From an uncultured Gemmatimonadales bacterium (lineage in GTDB: Bacteria; Gemmatimonadota; Gemmatimonadetes; Gemmatimonadales; GWC2-71-9), in assembly GCA_963748815.1 (NCBI GenBank), contig CAVVKJ010000010.1:96001-160000 (forward strand): a stretch of 64,000 nucleotides of DNA, given 5' to 3'. Below the pieces are notes generated by a model that was not told the origin of the DNA, searched no databases, and saw only the letters and a program-made list of their open reading frames with translations. The position numbers and the translations under genes are program-made. Each line of letters opens with the position of its first letter. Within the stretch, counting starts at the first letter, position 1. Positions 62,046 through 64,000 of this stretch are shown here, piece by piece.

Positions 62046-63461
62046 ATGGCTGCCAGTACTTCGATTCCCCAGATCATCCAGGGCGGGATGGGCGTCGGCA
62101 TCTCCGACTGGCGCCTGGCGCGCGCGGTCTCAGCCTGCGGGCAGCTGGGCGTCGTCTCGGGCACCGCCATCGATACGGTCCTGGTGCGCCGGCTCCAGGA
62201 CGGAGATCCCGATGGGCACATGCGTCGTGCCATGGCCGCGTTCCCGATTCCGGGCGTCGCGGCGGACATGGAACGCCTCTACTTCCTTCCCGAAGGTCGC
62301 GCACCCGGGACCCCCTACAAGCTGCTCCCGATGGATCGGCAGGCACCCAGCACTGCCCGTCAGCTGGTCATCGTCATGGCGGCATTCGTGGAGGTGTACC
62401 TGGCCAAGGAGGGCCACGACGGGATGGTGGGGATGAATCTCCTGACCAAGATTCAGAGTCCCACGCTCGCCGCGCTCTACGGCGCGATGCTGGCCGGCGT
62501 CGATGTCATCCTGATGGGTGCCGGCATTCCCCGGGAAATCCCCGCCGCACTGGACCGGCTGTCCGAGCACCAGGTGGCGAAACTGCGGTTCGAGGTGGAG
62601 GGCCTTGCCTCCGGTCGGGAGGAGTACCTCACGCTCGATCCCGCCTCCTTCTGGCCCGCACTGCCGCCGGCGCTGCGGCGCCCCGAGTTCCTGGCCATCA
62701 TTGCCAGCAACTCGCTGGCGACGGTGCTGGCCCGAAAGGCGAGCGGGAAGGTGAACGGCTTCGTCATCGAGGGGCCGACCGCCGGCGGCCACAATGCCCC
62801 GCCGCGCGGCGCGCCGACCTTCAACGAGCGGGGCGAACCGCTGTACGGCGAGCGGGACGAGGTGGATCTCGCCAAGGTGGCGGAACTCGGACTCCCCTTC
62901 TGGCTGGCAGGGGGTACCGGCCGCCGGGGGAGCCTCGCGGATTCGCTGGAGGCCGGTGCGAACGGCATCCAGGTCGGGACGCTCTTCGCGTACTGCAATG
63001 AGTCGGGACTGGCGGACGAACTGAAGTACGGTGTACTCGAGCACGTGGGGCCGGGCGAGGTGACGGTCCGGACGGATCCCCGGGCGTCGCCCACGGGGTT
63101 TCCCTTCAAGGTGGTGACGTGGCCTGACGCACCGGGGAGCGGGGTCGAGCGGGAGCGGAAGTGCGATCTCGGCGTGCTCCGGGTGCCCTACCAGACCCCG
63201 GAAGGGAAGATTGGCTACCGATGTGCCGCCGAGCCGGTCGAGGCGTATGTGAAGAAGGGTGGGAAGGCGGAGGACGCGGAGGGGCGCCGGTGCCTCTGCA
63301 ATGGGCTGATGGCGGATATCGGCCTTGGCCAGGTTCGCGCCAACGACACGGTCGAGCCGCCGCTCGTCACCAGTGGAGACGACCTCGTCGCCCTCGGTGA
63401 TTTCCTCGGAGAGCGGACCAGATATTCCGCCGAAGCGGTGCTCGAGTTCCTCCTGGCGTAG
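62046..63461 (+). CDS. Nitronate monooxygenase / 2-nitropropane dioxygenase-like flavoprotein
   Basis: IIQGGMG, MGAGIP, EGPTAGGH, LAGG, GIQVGT.FA..ESG, SPTGFPFK, C-terminal Cys cluster. Confidence 0.88.
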   Translation: MAASTSIPQIIQGGMGVGISDWRLARAVSACGQLGVVSGTAIDTVLVRRLQDGDPDGHMRRAMAAFPIPGVAADMERLYFLPEGRAPGTPYKLLPMDRQAPSTARQLVIVMAAFVEVYLAKEGHDGMVGMNLLTKIQSPTLAALYGAMLAGVDVILMGAGIPREIPAALDRLSEHQVAKLRFEVEGLASGREEYLTLDPASFWPALPPALRRPEFLAIIASNSLATVLARKASGKVNGFVIEGPTAGGHNAPPRGAPTFNERGEPLYGERDEVDLAKVAELGLPFWLAGGTGRRGSLADSLEAGANGIQVGTLFAYCNESGLADELKYGVLEHVGPGEVTVRTDPRASPTGFPFKVVTWPDAPGSGVERERKCDLGVLRVPYQTPEGKIGYRCAAEPVEAYVKKGGKAEDAEGRRCLCNGLMADIGLGQVRANDTVEPPLVTSGDDLVALGDFLGERTRYSAEAVLEFLLA

Positions 63462-63511
63462 GCCGCCGCTCGACCCAGGGGGCGATCGGAGGCGGCCAGC
63501 GACGCTGTGCC

Positions 63512-63847
63512 CTACACCGGTCGGGAGGAGCGAGGGTCGAGCGACAACAGCGCGGCCAGGACCAGGGCGCCAACGAGGCCCCATTCCAGTCCCTCGGGGT
63601 GTGCGCCGACCAACCAGCACATCACGAGCATCGCCACGTTCGCCGCGATCGCGGCGATCCACAGCCCGCGCGCCTTCATCCCATACCAATAGTTGAGAAG
63701 GTTGATCGTCCCGAGGTAGACGAAGACCATCCCGACGATGACGCCGATCTCGTCCATCCAGGGGGTGACTTCGATGAAGGTGTTGGCGATGAAATAGGCG
63801 CCCGCCAGCGCAATGGCGCCGCCGGCAATCAGGTAGAGGTAGCGCAT
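63512..63847 (-). CDS. Small four-TM membrane protein
   Basis: GGAGG RBS; four hydrophobic segments. Confidence 0.65.
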   Translation of the reverse strand: MRYLYLIAGGAIALAGAYFIANTFIEVTPWMDEIGVIVGMVFVYLGTINLLNYWYGMKARGLWIAAIAANVAMLVMCWLVGAHPEGLEWGLVGALVLAALLSLDPRSSRPV

Positions 63848-64000
63848 CAGACCTCCGAAACGAGACCAGCCGTGAAGGGGGAGAGCATTTCTCCCCCGCA
63901 ATCCGGGGGCCGCGCCCTCGCCTTTCACGTTGTCCCGTGATGGAACCACGCCACACCCGAATCCAAGTCTCGTCCATCACTGGGGTTGCGCCCACCGTGT

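Noticed and set aside
1..64000. tRNA, rRNA, riboswitch, integrase or transposase
   Set aside because: None recognisable by eye; a covariance-model scan would be needed to exclude small RNAs

Overview
High-GC bacterial chromosomal window, probably Gemmatimonadota. That lineage call is inferred from the gene repertoire: SARP/BTAD-TM-TPR regulator, Big_2+PD40 lipoprotein, eukaryotic-like Ser/Thr kinase, panC-panD-yqeK-LytR_C order. About 15 genes carry single-base frameshifts that look like long-read assembly errors, so many genes span several ORF-track entries. Main blocks: (1) panC/panD/yqeK and a glycerate kinase/dehydrogenase pair; (2) secreted proteins, a vanadium haloperoxidase-like gene and a SARP regulator; (3) a copper module (DUF2946/CruR-like leader ORF, mbnP, mbnH, cytochrome c) next to a TonB receptor and ABC genes; (4) a ~16 kb minus-strand redox operon: orphan Phd/YefM gene with an operator, OFOR alpha/beta, unknown gene, rnfB, PFOR-ferredoxin fusion, rnfCDGEA, small 4-Cys protein, apbE, Cys-rich protein; (5) the most striking feature, a four-gene DUF11 operon (49.2-60.6 kb) with a sigma54-like promoter. 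Its proteins carry complementary split halves of the isopeptide-type DUF11 Ig domain, which suggests an outer-membrane-anchored fibre built by donor-strand complementation (chaperone, shaft, anchor/pore, tip adhesin). No rRNA, tRNA, CRISPR array or transposase was recognised. All family calls come from motif recognition by eye, not database searches.
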